Positions 25,968-35,636 of a stretch of DNA of 41,644 nucleotides are shown piece after piece. This DNA is from an uncultured delta proteobacterium (lineage in GTDB: Bacteria > Myxococcota > Myxococcia > Myxococcales > Anaeromyxobacteraceae). The stretch's first letter is position 1, and the number at the start of each line of letters is the position of its first letter. Made by a program: the position numbers and the translations under genes. The stretch lies in NCBI GenBank assembly GCA_963845515.1, contig CAWJSR010000047.1, forward strand, positions 1 to 41,644, in the 5' to 3' direction. Under the pieces are notes generated by a model. That model did no database searches. It saw only the letters and a list, made by a program, of their open reading frames with translations, and was not told the origin of the DNA.

Positions 25968-26023
25968 TGGCCCTCTCACGGGCTTCGGAATATCACGCGC
26001 CTCCAAGGCGGGCCACCGGGGCC

Positions 26024-26623
26024 CTACTTGCCCGCGCCGCGCGTCTTGATCTGGGCGAGGAAGTCCCTGGCCTGGGCTCCGAAGCGGCCGGCCGGGTCGA
26101 GCTGGATGACCTTCTCCAGCGCGGCGACGGCCTTGTCGGGCTTCTTGAGATCGGAGTCGTAGACCACCGCGATGTTGACGAGGCTCTGGAGGTGGTCGGG
26201 CGCGATCTTCTGGGCCTTCTCGAAGTTGGCGATCGCTTCCTCGAACTGGCCGACGGCCCGGAACATGACTCCCTGATCTGTCAGGACGTCCGGGTTGTTG
26301 GGCTGCAGCTCCAGCGCCTTGGCATAGGCCTCGATCGACTTCTGGTGCTGGTTGGTGTCGAAGAAGTCGTTGCCGAGCTGGATCCAGGCCTGCGCGTTCT
26401 TGGGATCCCGCGCGACCAGCTGCTGGGCCATCGCGATCCGCCCGATCTTGTCCTCCGCGCCCTGCTGGGGCATCGGGGGCGCGAAGCCGCCTGGCGCGGT
26501 GCCTGGGGCGGCGATGGCCGGAGGGGCAGCCGTCGGGACCGTCTGACGCGAGCCGATGAAGATTCCGGTGAGCAGGCCGGCGGCGAAGATCACGATGCCG
26601 AAGAGCATGTCCTTCGTATTCAC
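26024..26623 (-). CDS. Membrane-anchored TPR protein
   Basis: N-terminal TM and TPRs (AWIQLGNDFFD...YAKALELQPNNPDVLTDQG). GGAGG RBS. Confidence 0.88.
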   Translation of the reverse strand: MNTKDMLFGIVIFAAGLLTGIFIGSRQTVPTAAPPAIAAPGTAPGGFAPPMPQQGAEDKIGRIAMAQQLVARDPKNAQAWIQLGNDFFDTNQHQKSIEAYAKALELQPNNPDVLTDQGVMFRAVGQFEEAIANFEKAQKIAPDHLQSLVNIAVVYDSDLKKPDKAVAALEKVIQLDPAGRFGAQARDFLAQIKTRGAGK

Positions 26624-26702
26624 GTCTAGTCCTCCGTAGGGGGGGCAGCGACTATAACCCAGGTAGCCGCCAGCGTGTTCCTGCGTGCGTCACCGCGCCG
26701 GG

Positions 26703-27572
26703 CTAGGCTGCCTCGCCGGCGGGGAGCAGCTCGGCCATCCGGAGCCGCTTGGCGCCCAGCTCGACGTACTCGGGGTTCAGCTCCATCCCCAGGAACCGGC
26801 AGCCGGCCTGGACCGCCGCGACCCCGGTCGTGCCGGAGCCAGAGAAGGGATCGACCACGAGGTCGCCGGGGGCGGCGCTGGCTGCGACCACCCGCTCCAG
26901 GAGCGTGAGCGGCTTCTGCGTCGGATGGCGCCCGTGGATCTTCTCCTTCGGGCCAGGGGTGGGAACGGACCAGACCACCTGCTCGCCTCCCGCCTCCGGC
27001 CGCTCCGCTATCTGCCAGAGGTCGCGCATCTGCTTGCCACCGTTGCGCGCCTTCATCTCGCGGTAGTTGAAGCGGTGGGCGAGCGGCTTCCCCTTGGAGG
27101 GGCTGGCCCAGAGCAGGATCTCGGTCGAGTGCGTGAACATTCGGCACGCGAGGTTGGGGGAGGCGTTCGGCTTGTACCAGGTCACCGTGTTGAGCAGGTG
27201 GAAGCCGAGCTCCTGCATCGCGAAGCCGATCGAGAAGATGACGTGCTGCGTGCCGGAGACCCAGATCGTCCCGGACGGCTTGAGCGCCCGGCGGGCGGCG
27301 CTGAGCCAGGCGCGCTGGAAGGCGTGGTCGGTCTCCAGTCCACGCGACGCGTCCCAGCCCCCCTTGTTCACGCTCACGCGCTTGCCGGACTGGCAGGAGT
27401 AGCCGCCGTTCGAAAGGTGGTAGGGCGGGTCCGCGAAGATGAGGTCGACCGACTGCGGCGGGAGCCGCTCCAGCGTGGAGATGCAGTCGGCCTGCACGAG
27501 CGCCCAGCTCCGGCCGCTCTCCGCGATGCCGGGCAGGGTGTCCCAGGAGTGAAGTTCGAGCCGTCTCGCCAT
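26703..27572 (-). CDS. Orphan beta-class N6-adenine/N4-cytosine DNA methyltransferase
   Basis: DLIFADPPY precedes HPTQKP and DPFSGSGTT. Confidence 0.93.
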   Translation of the reverse strand: MARRLELHSWDTLPGIAESGRSWALVQADCISTLERLPPQSVDLIFADPPYHLSNGGYSCQSGKRVSVNKGGWDASRGLETDHAFQRAWLSAARRALKPSGTIWVSGTQHVIFSIGFAMQELGFHLLNTVTWYKPNASPNLACRMFTHSTEILLWASPSKGKPLAHRFNYREMKARNGGKQMRDLWQIAERPEAGGEQVVWSVPTPGPKEKIHGRHPTQKPLTLLERVVAASAAPGDLVVDPFSGSGTTGVAAVQAGCRFLGMELNPEYVELGAKRLRMAELLPAGEAA

Positions 27573-27667
27573 GAACCAGCATCGTATTTGCGATATCGGA
27601 TCCGTCCATTTTTCGGCCGGATCCCGCGATCGTTCGGCTGCGGGGCGAGGCGAAGTACACTTCGGGA

Positions 27668-28723
27668 GTGCCGCTCCCGCTCGACAGCGCCTTCGTGAAG
27701 ACGTGCGCCCTGGAGGCGGGGTTCCACGAGGTGGGGATAGCGCGGGCCGAGCCGCTCGACCCCGGTCCGCTCGACCGGGTGCTGGCAGCGGGGGCCGAGG
27801 CCGGCATGGACTGGCTCGCGACGCAGCGGGACCAGCGGCTCGACCCCGCCAGAGTGCTCCCGGGAGCCCGCTCGGTCATCGCCGTGGCCCTGTCGCACGC
27901 CGTGCCCGAGGGGACCGGCCCAGCGCCCGGCTTCGGCGAGGTGGCCCGCTACGCGCGCGGCCGCGACTACCACACGGTGGTGAAGCGCCGCCTCGCGGCG
28001 GTCGCCGGCCGGCTCCGCGAGCGCGATCCGGGGGTGGCCCTCTTCGCGTCGTGCGACGCCGCGCCCGTGATGGAGAAGGCATGGGCGCAGCGGGCCGGGC
28101 TCGGCTGGGTAGGGAAGAACGGCTGCTTCATCACCCCGCGCCACGGAAGCTGGGTGGTCCTGGGCTCCATCCTGATCGACCGCGAGCTGGAGCCCGACGC
28201 GCCCTTCCGGGAGCGCTGCGGAGGCTGCGCGCTCTGCATGCCGGCCTGTCCGACGGGAGCGATCCCCAAGCCAGGCTTCGTCGACGCCCGCCGCTGCCTC
28301 TCCTTCTGGACGATCGAGCGGCGTGGGGCGATCCCTGCGGAGATCGCGGAGCGGCTCGGGAGCTGGGTCTTCGGGTGCGACGACTGCCAGACCGTCTGTC
28401 CGTGGAATCGCCAGGCGGCCTCCACCGCCGAGGTGGACCTGGTGCCGCGCCCGGGGCAGCTGGCGCTCTCAGTAGCAGGCCTGCTCCTCATGACGGCCGA
28501 GGAGTACGGACGCCGGTTCAACGGGACCGCGATCGCTCGCGCGCGGTACGACGGTCTGGTGCGCAACGCCTGCCTGCTCGCAGGACGCGCGGGCTGCGCG
28601 GAGGAGATCGAGCCGCTCCGCGCGCTCGCGGGGAGCGCCTTCCCGGGGGTCCGTGAGGCCGCGCTGTGGGCGCTCTCGCAGCTGGGTCGATCTTCGGAAC
28701 GTGATCCCTCGTCGTCAGGGTAG
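27668..28723 (+). CDS. queG: tRNA epoxyqueuosine(34) reductase
   Basis: YARGRDYH, AGLGWVGKN, CGGCALCMPACPT, DARRCLS, FGCDDCQTVCPWN. Confidence 0.95.
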   Translation: MPLPLDSAFVKTCALEAGFHEVGIARAEPLDPGPLDRVLAAGAEAGMDWLATQRDQRLDPARVLPGARSVIAVALSHAVPEGTGPAPGFGEVARYARGRDYHTVVKRRLAAVAGRLRERDPGVALFASCDAAPVMEKAWAQRAGLGWVGKNGCFITPRHGSWVVLGSILIDRELEPDAPFRERCGGCALCMPACPTGAIPKPGFVDARRCLSFWTIERRGAIPAEIAERLGSWVFGCDDCQTVCPWNRQAASTAEVDLVPRPGQLALSVAGLLLMTAEEYGRRFNGTAIARARYDGLVRNACLLAGRAGCAEEIEPLRALAGSAFPGVREAALWALSQLGRSSERDPSSSG

Positions 28724-28735
28724 GGTGGAAGGCGC

Positions 28736-30274
28736 ATGGAGCCCGAGCAGACCCGGTGGATGGAGCTCGAGCTGGTCGAGCGCGCGCTGGAGTCCTCAGG
28801 GACCGCCATCGCGATCACCGATCCATCCCTCCAGTTCACCTACGTGAACGGCGCCTTCCTTCGGCTCTGGGGCTACGCGCGCCGCGAGGAGGTCGTCGGG
28901 CGGCAAGCGGGTGACTTCTTCCAGGATCCCGAAGGGCCGGGGATGGTGGCGCGGGAGCTCGCGTGGGCCGGCGCCTGGGCGGGTGAGCAGGGTGCGAAGC
29001 GCGCCGACGGGAGCGAGTTCACCGTGCGGGTCACGGCGAACCTCTTCTCCGATCGCCCTGGCACGCCGCCGCGTCTCGTCGCCACCTTCATCGACGTCAC
29101 CGAGCGGGTGAGGCTGGAGGAGCAGCTCCGGCAGTCGCAGAAGATGGAGGCGGTCGGGCTCCTGGCTGGCGGGATCGCCCACGACTTCAACAACCTGCTC
29201 ACCGTGATCCTCAGCGGCGCCGAGTTCCTCGAGGACGCGCTTGGTCCAGGCGATCCACGGCGAGCGGACGCCGAGCAGATCCTCGCGGCGGCGCGGCGCG
29301 CTGAGTCGCTCACCAGGCAGCTGCTCGCCTTCAGCCGCCGGCAGGTCGTCCGCCCCGGGCTCCTGGACGTCAACGACGTGGCGCAGGGCATGTTCAAGAT
29401 GCTTCGCCGGCTCATCGGCGAGGACATCGAGGCCTCGCTGTCGCTCGCCCCGGCGCCGCTCTTCGTGCTCGTGGACGGCGCGCTGCTCGAGCAGGCGCTC
29501 ATGAACCTGGTTGTCAACGCACGGGACGCGATGCCCGACGGCGGCAAGCTCGAGCTCCGCACCTCCATGCGCGAGCTGCAGGGGACCGCGGCCAACCAGC
29601 TGGAGCTGTCGGCGGGCCCCTACGTGGCGGTCACCGTGAGGGACACCGGGCGCGGGATGGACGAGGCGACGATCCGACGGATCTTCGAGCCCTTCTTCAC
29701 CACCAAGCCTCACGGGCGCGGTACGGGGCTCGGGCTCTCGACCGTCTACGGGATCGCCCGCCAGGGAGGCGGCGCCGTCGAGGTCCGCTCCCGCCCCGGC
29801 GAGGGGGCATCCTTCTCGATCCTGCTGCCGGCGCACGCGGCGCCGGCGGGCGCCGCTGCCACTCGGGAGCGCCCGTCGATGACCCCGGCCCCGGAGACGC
29901 CGCCGCACGTCCTCATCGCCGAGGACGAGCCCGCGGTCCGCGCGGTCGCCGAGCGCTGCCTCGTGCAGCGCGGGTACCGGGTCTCCGCTGCGCCGGACGG
30001 CGAGGGCGCGCTCAGGATCGCCCGTGAGGCGAAGGAGATCGATCTCCTCCTGACCGACGTGGTCATGCCCGGGATGAACGGGCGCCAGCTCGCCGAGGCG
30101 CTGATGGCGGTCCACCCGAACACGCCCGTCCTCTTCATGACCGGCTACACCGACGACACCGCCCTCCGGCTCGGGCTCGAGACCAGGCAGGTCCGGATCC
30201 TGTCGAAGCCGTTCACGCCGGATGGGCTCGCCGCCGCGGTCGAAGAGGCGATGAGGCGCCGCCCCGGCAAGTGA
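28736..30274 (+). CDS. PAS-domain hybrid sensor histidine kinase/response regulator
   Basis: PAS domain, GIAHDFNN H-box, NLVVNARDAM, FEPFFTTK, GTGLGL, receiver LLLTDVVMPG. Confidence 0.95.
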   Translation: MEPEQTRWMELELVERALESSGTAIAITDPSLQFTYVNGAFLRLWGYARREEVVGRQAGDFFQDPEGPGMVARELAWAGAWAGEQGAKRADGSEFTVRVTANLFSDRPGTPPRLVATFIDVTERVRLEEQLRQSQKMEAVGLLAGGIAHDFNNLLTVILSGAEFLEDALGPGDPRRADAEQILAAARRAESLTRQLLAFSRRQVVRPGLLDVNDVAQGMFKMLRRLIGEDIEASLSLAPAPLFVLVDGALLEQALMNLVVNARDAMPDGGKLELRTSMRELQGTAANQLELSAGPYVAVTVRDTGRGMDEATIRRIFEPFFTTKPHGRGTGLGLSTVYGIARQGGGAVEVRSRPGEGASFSILLPAHAAPAGAAATRERPSMTPAPETPPHVLIAEDEPAVRAVAERCLVQRGYRVSAAPDGEGALRIAREAKEIDLLLTDVVMPGMNGRQLAEALMAVHPNTPVLFMTGYTDDTALRLGLETRQVRILSKPFTPDGLAAAVEEAMRRRPGK

Positions 30275-30331
30275 GGATCACCCGCCGGGGGGCGCGCTGC
30301 GGAGCCCGCGGGGCGTGTTAAGAGCAACTGG

Positions 30332-31240
30332 ATGAACCTGGCAGAGCGGCTCGGATGTGCGCGCACGGGGCTCGCCGCCGGTCCGGTGCAGGCGAGAGCG
30401 TTCCTGCGCGCCACCGGATCCGACGCACGGGACTTCCTCCACCGGATGTCCACACAGGACCTCAACCAGCTCGCCCCCGGTCAGGTCGCGTACTCCGCGT
30501 TCCTGACCCCGCGGGGGCACCTGCTCGGCGAGGGGCAGGTGCTGGTGCGCGAAGCGGACGTCGTCATCGCGCTGGAGCCGGCCGCGTTGGCCGGGACGCG
30601 CGCGCACCTCGAGAAGCTCGTGATCATGGACGACGTCGTGTTCGACGATCTCTCGGGCGCGTGGAGGGCGGTGCCGGTCTTCGGGCCGGACGCGCTGCAC
30701 CGCCTCTCGGGCCTGGGAGGGGACGCGCCGCGCGTGCCGAACCTCCGGCGCGGGGCCCCATGCGTCGAGCTCTGGCTGCCCCTGGAGGCCGCCGAGCCGC
30801 TGCGAGCCGAGCTCGTCGCAGTGGGCGCGGCCGAGCTGACCGACGCGGACCTCGAGGCGCTGCGCGTCCTCGCGGGAATCCCGCGCTACGGCCTGGACAT
30901 GGACGACTCGCGGCTGCCGATGGAGGCCGGGCTGACCCGAGAGGCGATCTCCTTCAGCAAGGGGTGCTACGTCGGCCAGGAGACGGTGATGAGGGCGACG
31001 GCCCGGGGGCACCTCCAGCGTGGGCTGGTCCAGCTCGCGCTGCCGCCGGGGGCGCCGCGCGGTGCAAAGCTCCTCTCGGGTGGACAGGAGGTGGGCTCGG
31101 TGACGAGCGCCGTCGACGCGCCCGAGGGGCGCGTCGGGCTGGGCTACGTCAAGCGCTCGTTCTGGCCGGAAGAGACGCGCCTCGCCACCGAGGGTGGCGA
31201 GGCGCGGGTGCTGCGCCAGATCGTCTGGGAGCCGGACTAG
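30332..31240 (+). CDS. ygfZ: YgfZ/GcvT-family folate-binding protein
   Basis: KGCYVGQE motif, GSDARDFLHRMSTQD. Confidence 0.9.
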   Translation: MNLAERLGCARTGLAAGPVQARAFLRATGSDARDFLHRMSTQDLNQLAPGQVAYSAFLTPRGHLLGEGQVLVREADVVIALEPAALAGTRAHLEKLVIMDDVVFDDLSGAWRAVPVFGPDALHRLSGLGGDAPRVPNLRRGAPCVELWLPLEAAEPLRAELVAVGAAELTDADLEALRVLAGIPRYGLDMDDSRLPMEAGLTREAISFSKGCYVGQETVMRATARGHLQRGLVQLALPPGAPRGAKLLSGGQEVGSVTSAVDAPEGRVGLGYVKRSFWPEETRLATEGGEARVLRQIVWEPD

Positions 31241-31419
31241 TGCCGCGACCCAGGCGTGGTGATGTGACGAGAGCGTCGAGACCGAAGCGAGGCGGGCGCC
31301 CGAGGAGGGAGCAGCGGAGGCGTAGCAGCGCTACGTCGAGCAGCGCACCGACGAGGCCGCCCGCCGCAGCGAGGGGATCGGCGCTCGCAGTAGTCACTAT
31401 GCCTGGGCCGCGGCACTAG
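31237..31419. mobile_element. MITE-like element (183 bp including terminal CTAG)
   Basis: 26-bp terminal IRs (23/26 identical) CTAGTGCCGCGrCCCAGGCrTrGTGA. Central palindrome CGTAGC-AGC-GCTACG. No coding capacity. Confidence 0.72.
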
Positions 31420-32327
31420 GGCGCGTCGGTCGTCATCGGGGCCTGCGCGTAGAGCCCACCGGCCAGCGCGGCGGAGGTCCCCGCCCCGCCCAGGTCGAGC
31501 GCGATGGTGGCCGAGGCCCCGTCCTTCAGCTCGATCGGCGTCGGCTCGGCGCGCGCGCCGTACGCGTGGACCTTGTAGGGGCCGGGCCGGAGCCCCTTGA
31601 GCGACCAGCGGCCGAAGGAGTCGGTCTTCGTCTCCCCGCCGTCGTACACCTGCTCGGAGAGGGCGACGACGCGGACGCCGGCAGCCAGTCGGCCGCCGGC
31701 GTCGCGGACGACGCCGCTCAGTGAGGCCGGCTTGTGGAGCGTCACGACGGGGAGGCGCTGGCGCGTGTTCACCGGCACGAACTCGGGCAGGAAGTCCCGG
31801 TGGCGAACCACGAGCAGGAGGACGCCGCGCGGCACGCGGGACAGCATGTAGTAGCCGCCGACGCCGGTCTTGGAGACCTCCGCGAGCCGCTCGGGGCGGA
31901 CGAAGCGGAGGCGCTCGATCTTGGCGGGGTCGGCGAGCGAGACGGAGGCGTCGGGGACGGGCATGCCGGTCTCCGCGTCGACGACCTCGCCGAGGATCTG
32001 CTCGCCCTGGCCCAGGACGATCTCCGGGAGCACCAGCTTCTTGCCGGCCGCGCCCTCGATCCCGATGAAGTTGGGAGCGAAGCCCGGGGCGCGGATGACG
32101 ACACGGAAGTGCCCCTCCGGCGGCACGAGGATCTTGAAGTTCCCGGCGCGATCGTTGAAGCGCATGCCGTTGACCGTGAAGGCGGTCACGGGAGTCCCGT
32201 CGCGGCGGGTGACCTGACCGCGAAGCTCGCCCGGGGCCCCTGGGACAAGCAGGAAGTCCCCGGCCGCGAGGGCGGCGAGGGGCAGCGCTGCGGCGACGGT
32301 TGCGAGAAGAGCTCTTAAGGCGCGCAT
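31416..32327 (-). CDS. Secreted carboxypeptidase-regulatory-like domain protein (303 aa)
   Basis: Signal peptide and repeated GxVxDxxGxPV beta-sandwich units. GGAGGG RBS. Confidence 0.82.
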   Translation of the reverse strand: MRALRALLATVAAALPLAALAAGDFLLVPGAPGELRGQVTRRDGTPVTAFTVNGMRFNDRAGNFKILVPPEGHFRVVIRAPGFAPNFIGIEGAAGKKLVLPEIVLGQGEQILGEVVDAETGMPVPDASVSLADPAKIERLRFVRPERLAEVSKTGVGGYYMLSRVPRGVLLLVVRHRDFLPEFVPVNTRQRLPVVTLHKPASLSGVVRDAGGRLAAGVRVVALSEQVYDGGETKTDSFGRWSLKGLRPGPYKVHAYGARAEPTPIELKDGASATIALDLGGAGTSAALAGGLYAQAPMTTDAP

Positions 32328-32355
32328 CAAATGACCCTCCGACGGGGAGGAGTGG

Positions 32356-32371
32356 TGCAAGGAGCGCGCCC
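32356..32371 (-). promoter_or_regulatory. Putative sigma54 promoter
   Basis: GGGCGCG-CTCC-TTGCA (GG-N10-GC), 28 nt upstream of ATG 32327. Confidence 0.5.
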
Positions 32372-32614
32372 GAATCGGCGCACCGGCGGCGCTCCCCCAG
32401 GATCCGGCCTCTCCTGTGAAGCTACCGTTATCAGTACGCTTTCGGATGAGTCGCCGCTGTCCCGGGAGCGGGGGACGGGTCCCCATGGGAACGGGTCGCC
32501 GTGAGCCACGGGTTCGCGCCACTCCAGACCGGAGGTGCGTCCCGGGGCTACCCGCAGGGCTGGGGTCGCAGCGGTGCCCACACCCGCGTCAGCCCCCGGG
32601 CGTAGCTTCGGGCG

Positions 32615-35600
32615 GTGCCACTGTTCTGCCTGGTCCCGACGGCGCTTCGCGCGAGCCGAGTCACGCGCCGGCTCTGCGACGCGCAGGGCGGCGTCCTCTT
32701 CGGCCGGCAGGCCACCTCCTTCGACGCGCTCGCGGCAGCGCTCGTGGCGGCGTCGGGAGACCGGCGCCCCGTGCTCGGTCCGGTCGGCGAGCGGCTCCTG
32801 GCGGCGGACGCCGGGCGCGCGGCGGCGGGGCGCTTTGCGGCGCTCACGCCCGAGGACGGGCTGGCCGCCTCGCTCCACGGCGCGCTCACCGAGCTGAGAC
32901 GTGGCGAGGTCACCTCCGCGGACGCGCTCGCCGCGGCCTCGTCACTGGACGGCGCCCCGCGCGCGCGGCTCGAGTCGCTGGCCTCGGCGCTCGGCGCGTG
33001 GGAGCGCGGGCTCGAGGAGCACGGACTGCTCGATCGCGCGGGCGCGCTGCGCGCCGCGGCGGCCGCGGCGCGGCGGCGGGTCACCGTTCCGGAGACCGAG
33101 GAGGTCTCGCTCCTGCTCCTCGACGGCTTCTCCTCGCTCTCGCCAGCAGAGTGGGATCTGTTCGGCGCGATCGCGGCGCGGGCTGGTGCCGTCCGCGTGC
33201 ACCTCCCGCACTTCTCCGACTTCCCGGCGGCAACCGCCGCAGCCGAGCCGCTCGCCAGGAAGCTCGAGTCGCTCCACGAGCTGGCGGCCGCGCGGAGCTT
33301 CGAGCTCCTCCTCGACAGGGCCGAGAGCCCGGAGCGTGCCCCGCCGATGGCAGCGCTCCTCGTGGCGATGGCGGGAGGAGAGCCGCCGCAGCCGACGGTC
33401 GGCCAGGGCAGCGTCCGCGCGCTCTGCGCCACCGGCGAGGGGGCGGAAGCCAGAGCCGTCGCCGCCGTCGCCGCCGAGTGGATCGAGGCCGGGATGGCCC
33501 CCGAGGAGCTCCGGGTCCTGTCCCCCTCGCCAGGCGAGGACGGTGCGCGGCTGGCGCGGGCCTTCGCGGAGGCCGGCATCCCGTTCGCAGCCGGCCGCGG
33601 GGCGCCGCTCTCGTCCGTGCCGGTCGTCCGGCTCCTGCGCGACGCGTTGGGCGCGGCCGCCGGGCTCACGCGCCGGTCCGCGGAGCGGCTCGGCCGCTCG
33701 AGCTACCTGTCGCTCGGCGAGCCGGTCGAGCGGCTCGCGGCGCTGCTAGATCGGTCCGGCGCGCTGGACGGCCGGTCCCGGCCCGCGGAGGCGCTGCGCC
33801 GTCGCGCGGCGTCCCTCGGGGCTGGAGGCGGGCGCGAGCGCGCCGGCCTCGGCCGCGCCGCCGGGCGGCTCGACAACCTCCTCGCGCTCCTCGCGCCTTT
33901 CGACGAGCCGGGGACCGCGCGCCGGCACGCGACCAGGCTGGCGGCGTTCGTCGACTCGGCCGGGATCCGCCGCCGGGCTGCCCGCGCGGAGCGGCCGCTG
34001 GCGGTGCGCGACCTCGCCGCGATCACGCGGTTCCTTGACGCGGCCGAGGAGGTGGCACGTTCGCTCGCGCACCTGGGGCGCGGCGAGGCGCCGCTCGCGA
34101 GGGAGGAGTGGCTCGCGGTCCTCGACGCGGCGCTCGGTGCCGCGACCATGCCTGCAGCCGAGGAGCCGTTCGGAGGGGCGGTCGAGCTGCTGGGGTTCGA
34201 CGACGCGCCGGGCGAGTCGGCTCGCGGCGCGCTCCTCGTCGGCTGCAGCCGCGCTCGCTTCCCGGCACCGGCCAGGCCCGAGCCGGTGCTCCGGGAGCCG
34301 GAGCGGCAGGCGCTGTGCGCCCACCTCCGGCGGCAGGCCGTGGCCACCTCGGCGGGACGGCGGGCGGAGGGGCGTCACCGCGCGCTCTGCGCCGCCGCCG
34401 TCGGGCGCGAGGCGGTCCTCTTCGCGTGGCGCACGGAGGACGGGCCGCTCGCCCCGCTCGTCGAGACGGGGCTCGCAGCGGCTGGGGTCCCTTCCCCCGA
34501 CGGGCCGTCGACAGGCGAGGGCGACGCGGTGGCGCGCTCGCCCCGCGAGGCGCTGCGCGCCGCGGCGCGCCGTTCGCGGTCTGGAGCGGCGCCGGTCACG
34601 CTCGCGCCCGGCGCCGCGCACGCGGAGCGGGCCGAGAGCGTCCTGGCGCGCGGCCGGATCGAGGTGGAGCGGCGCGCGGCGGTCGACTGCCGGGCGCCTT
34701 CGCCATTCGCGGGGGCTGCGCCTCCCGGGGACCTGGCCGCTTCCCTCCCGGCGGAGTGGACCCCGACGCAGCTCGAGGAGTACGCGCGCTGCCCGTACCG
34801 GCTCTTCCTGTCCCTGGGCGCAGGGCTCCCGCGAAAGGAGGCGTCGGGCGTCGACATCGACCTGCGCGACGAGGGGAGCCTCCTCCACGCCGCGCTCGAG
34901 CGCTTCGTCGGGGCGCGCGTCGCCCGCGGCGCGTGGCCGCCCGCGGGCGGTGAGGAGGACCGGGCCGAGGCGCTGGCGGTGGCCGACGAGATCTTCGCCG
35001 GCTTCGAGCGAGCCGGGCGGACCGGCGACCCCGCGGTCTGGGGCGCGAGGCGGCAGGCGGTGCGGGCGCGGCTCGTCCGCTGGGTGGAGGCCGAGGCGCG
35101 CGACGCCGACGGGTGCATCCCGCGCCTGCTGGAGCACCGGTTCGGCGGCGACTCCGGTCGCCCGCCGCTCCGCTTCGGCGAGGGGGCCACGGCGGTCGCG
35201 GTCCAGGGGCGGATCGACCGCGTCGACGCCGACGGCCGGCGGCTCCTGATCCTCGACTACAAGAACTCCCGCGCGAGCAAGGACCGCAAGGCGCTCCTCG
35301 CGCCCGAGTCCTTCGGCGTGACGAGCTTCCAGATCCCCGTCTACCTCGCGGCCGCGGCGCGGGAGCTGCCTGGGCGCGAGGAGCTGGGTGCGACGCTCGC
35401 CCTGCTGCGCGACGCGGAGCGGCTCGAGCCGTTCGTGGGGGGCGCGGCGGAGCTGCACGCCGGTCCGCTGGGGCCCCAGCTGGAGCGCGCGATCGTCGAG
35501 GCGGTCGGCCGCGTCCGCGCCGGCAGCTTCCCAATCGTCTCCCGCGACTGCGAGCACTGCGACTACGGCGCCGTCTGCCGGTTCCAGGGGGTCGCGGAGG

Positions 35601-35617
35601 TCGAGGAGGGGGAATGA
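32615..35617 (+). CDS. AddB-like subunit: degenerate helicase fold plus PD-(D/E)xK nuclease with 4-Cys motif
   Basis: TPTQLEEYARCPY, GSLLHAALE, GRIDRVD, ILDYK, QIPVY, CEHCDYGAVC. Confidence 0.85.
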   Translation: MPLFCLVPTALRASRVTRRLCDAQGGVLFGRQATSFDALAAALVAASGDRRPVLGPVGERLLAADAGRAAAGRFAALTPEDGLAASLHGALTELRRGEVTSADALAAASSLDGAPRARLESLASALGAWERGLEEHGLLDRAGALRAAAAAARRRVTVPETEEVSLLLLDGFSSLSPAEWDLFGAIAARAGAVRVHLPHFSDFPAATAAAEPLARKLESLHELAAARSFELLLDRAESPERAPPMAALLVAMAGGEPPQPTVGQGSVRALCATGEGAEARAVAAVAAEWIEAGMAPEELRVLSPSPGEDGARLARAFAEAGIPFAAGRGAPLSSVPVVRLLRDALGAAAGLTRRSAERLGRSSYLSLGEPVERLAALLDRSGALDGRSRPAEALRRRAASLGAGGGRERAGLGRAAGRLDNLLALLAPFDEPGTARRHATRLAAFVDSAGIRRRAARAERPLAVRDLAAITRFLDAAEEVARSLAHLGRGEAPLAREEWLAVLDAALGAATMPAAEEPFGGAVELLGFDDAPGESARGALLVGCSRARFPAPARPEPVLREPERQALCAHLRRQAVATSAGRRAEGRHRALCAAAVGREAVLFAWRTEDGPLAPLVETGLAAAGVPSPDGPSTGEGDAVARSPREALRAAARRSRSGAAPVTLAPGAAHAERAESVLARGRIEVERRAAVDCRAPSPFAGAAPPGDLAASLPAEWTPTQLEEYARCPYRLFLSLGAGLPRKEASGVDIDLRDEGSLLHAALERFVGARVARGAWPPAGGEEDRAEALAVADEIFAGFERAGRTGDPAVWGARRQAVRARLVRWVEAEARDADGCIPRLLEHRFGGDSGRPPLRFGEGATAVAVQGRIDRVDADGRRLLILDYKNSRASKDRKALLAPESFGVTSFQIPVYLAAAARELPGREELGATLALLRDAERLEPFVGGAAELHAGPLGPQLERAIVEAVGRVRAGSFPIVSRDCEHCDYGAVCRFQGVAEVEEGE

Positions 35618-35636
35618 GCGGGCGGGGATCCGCCCC

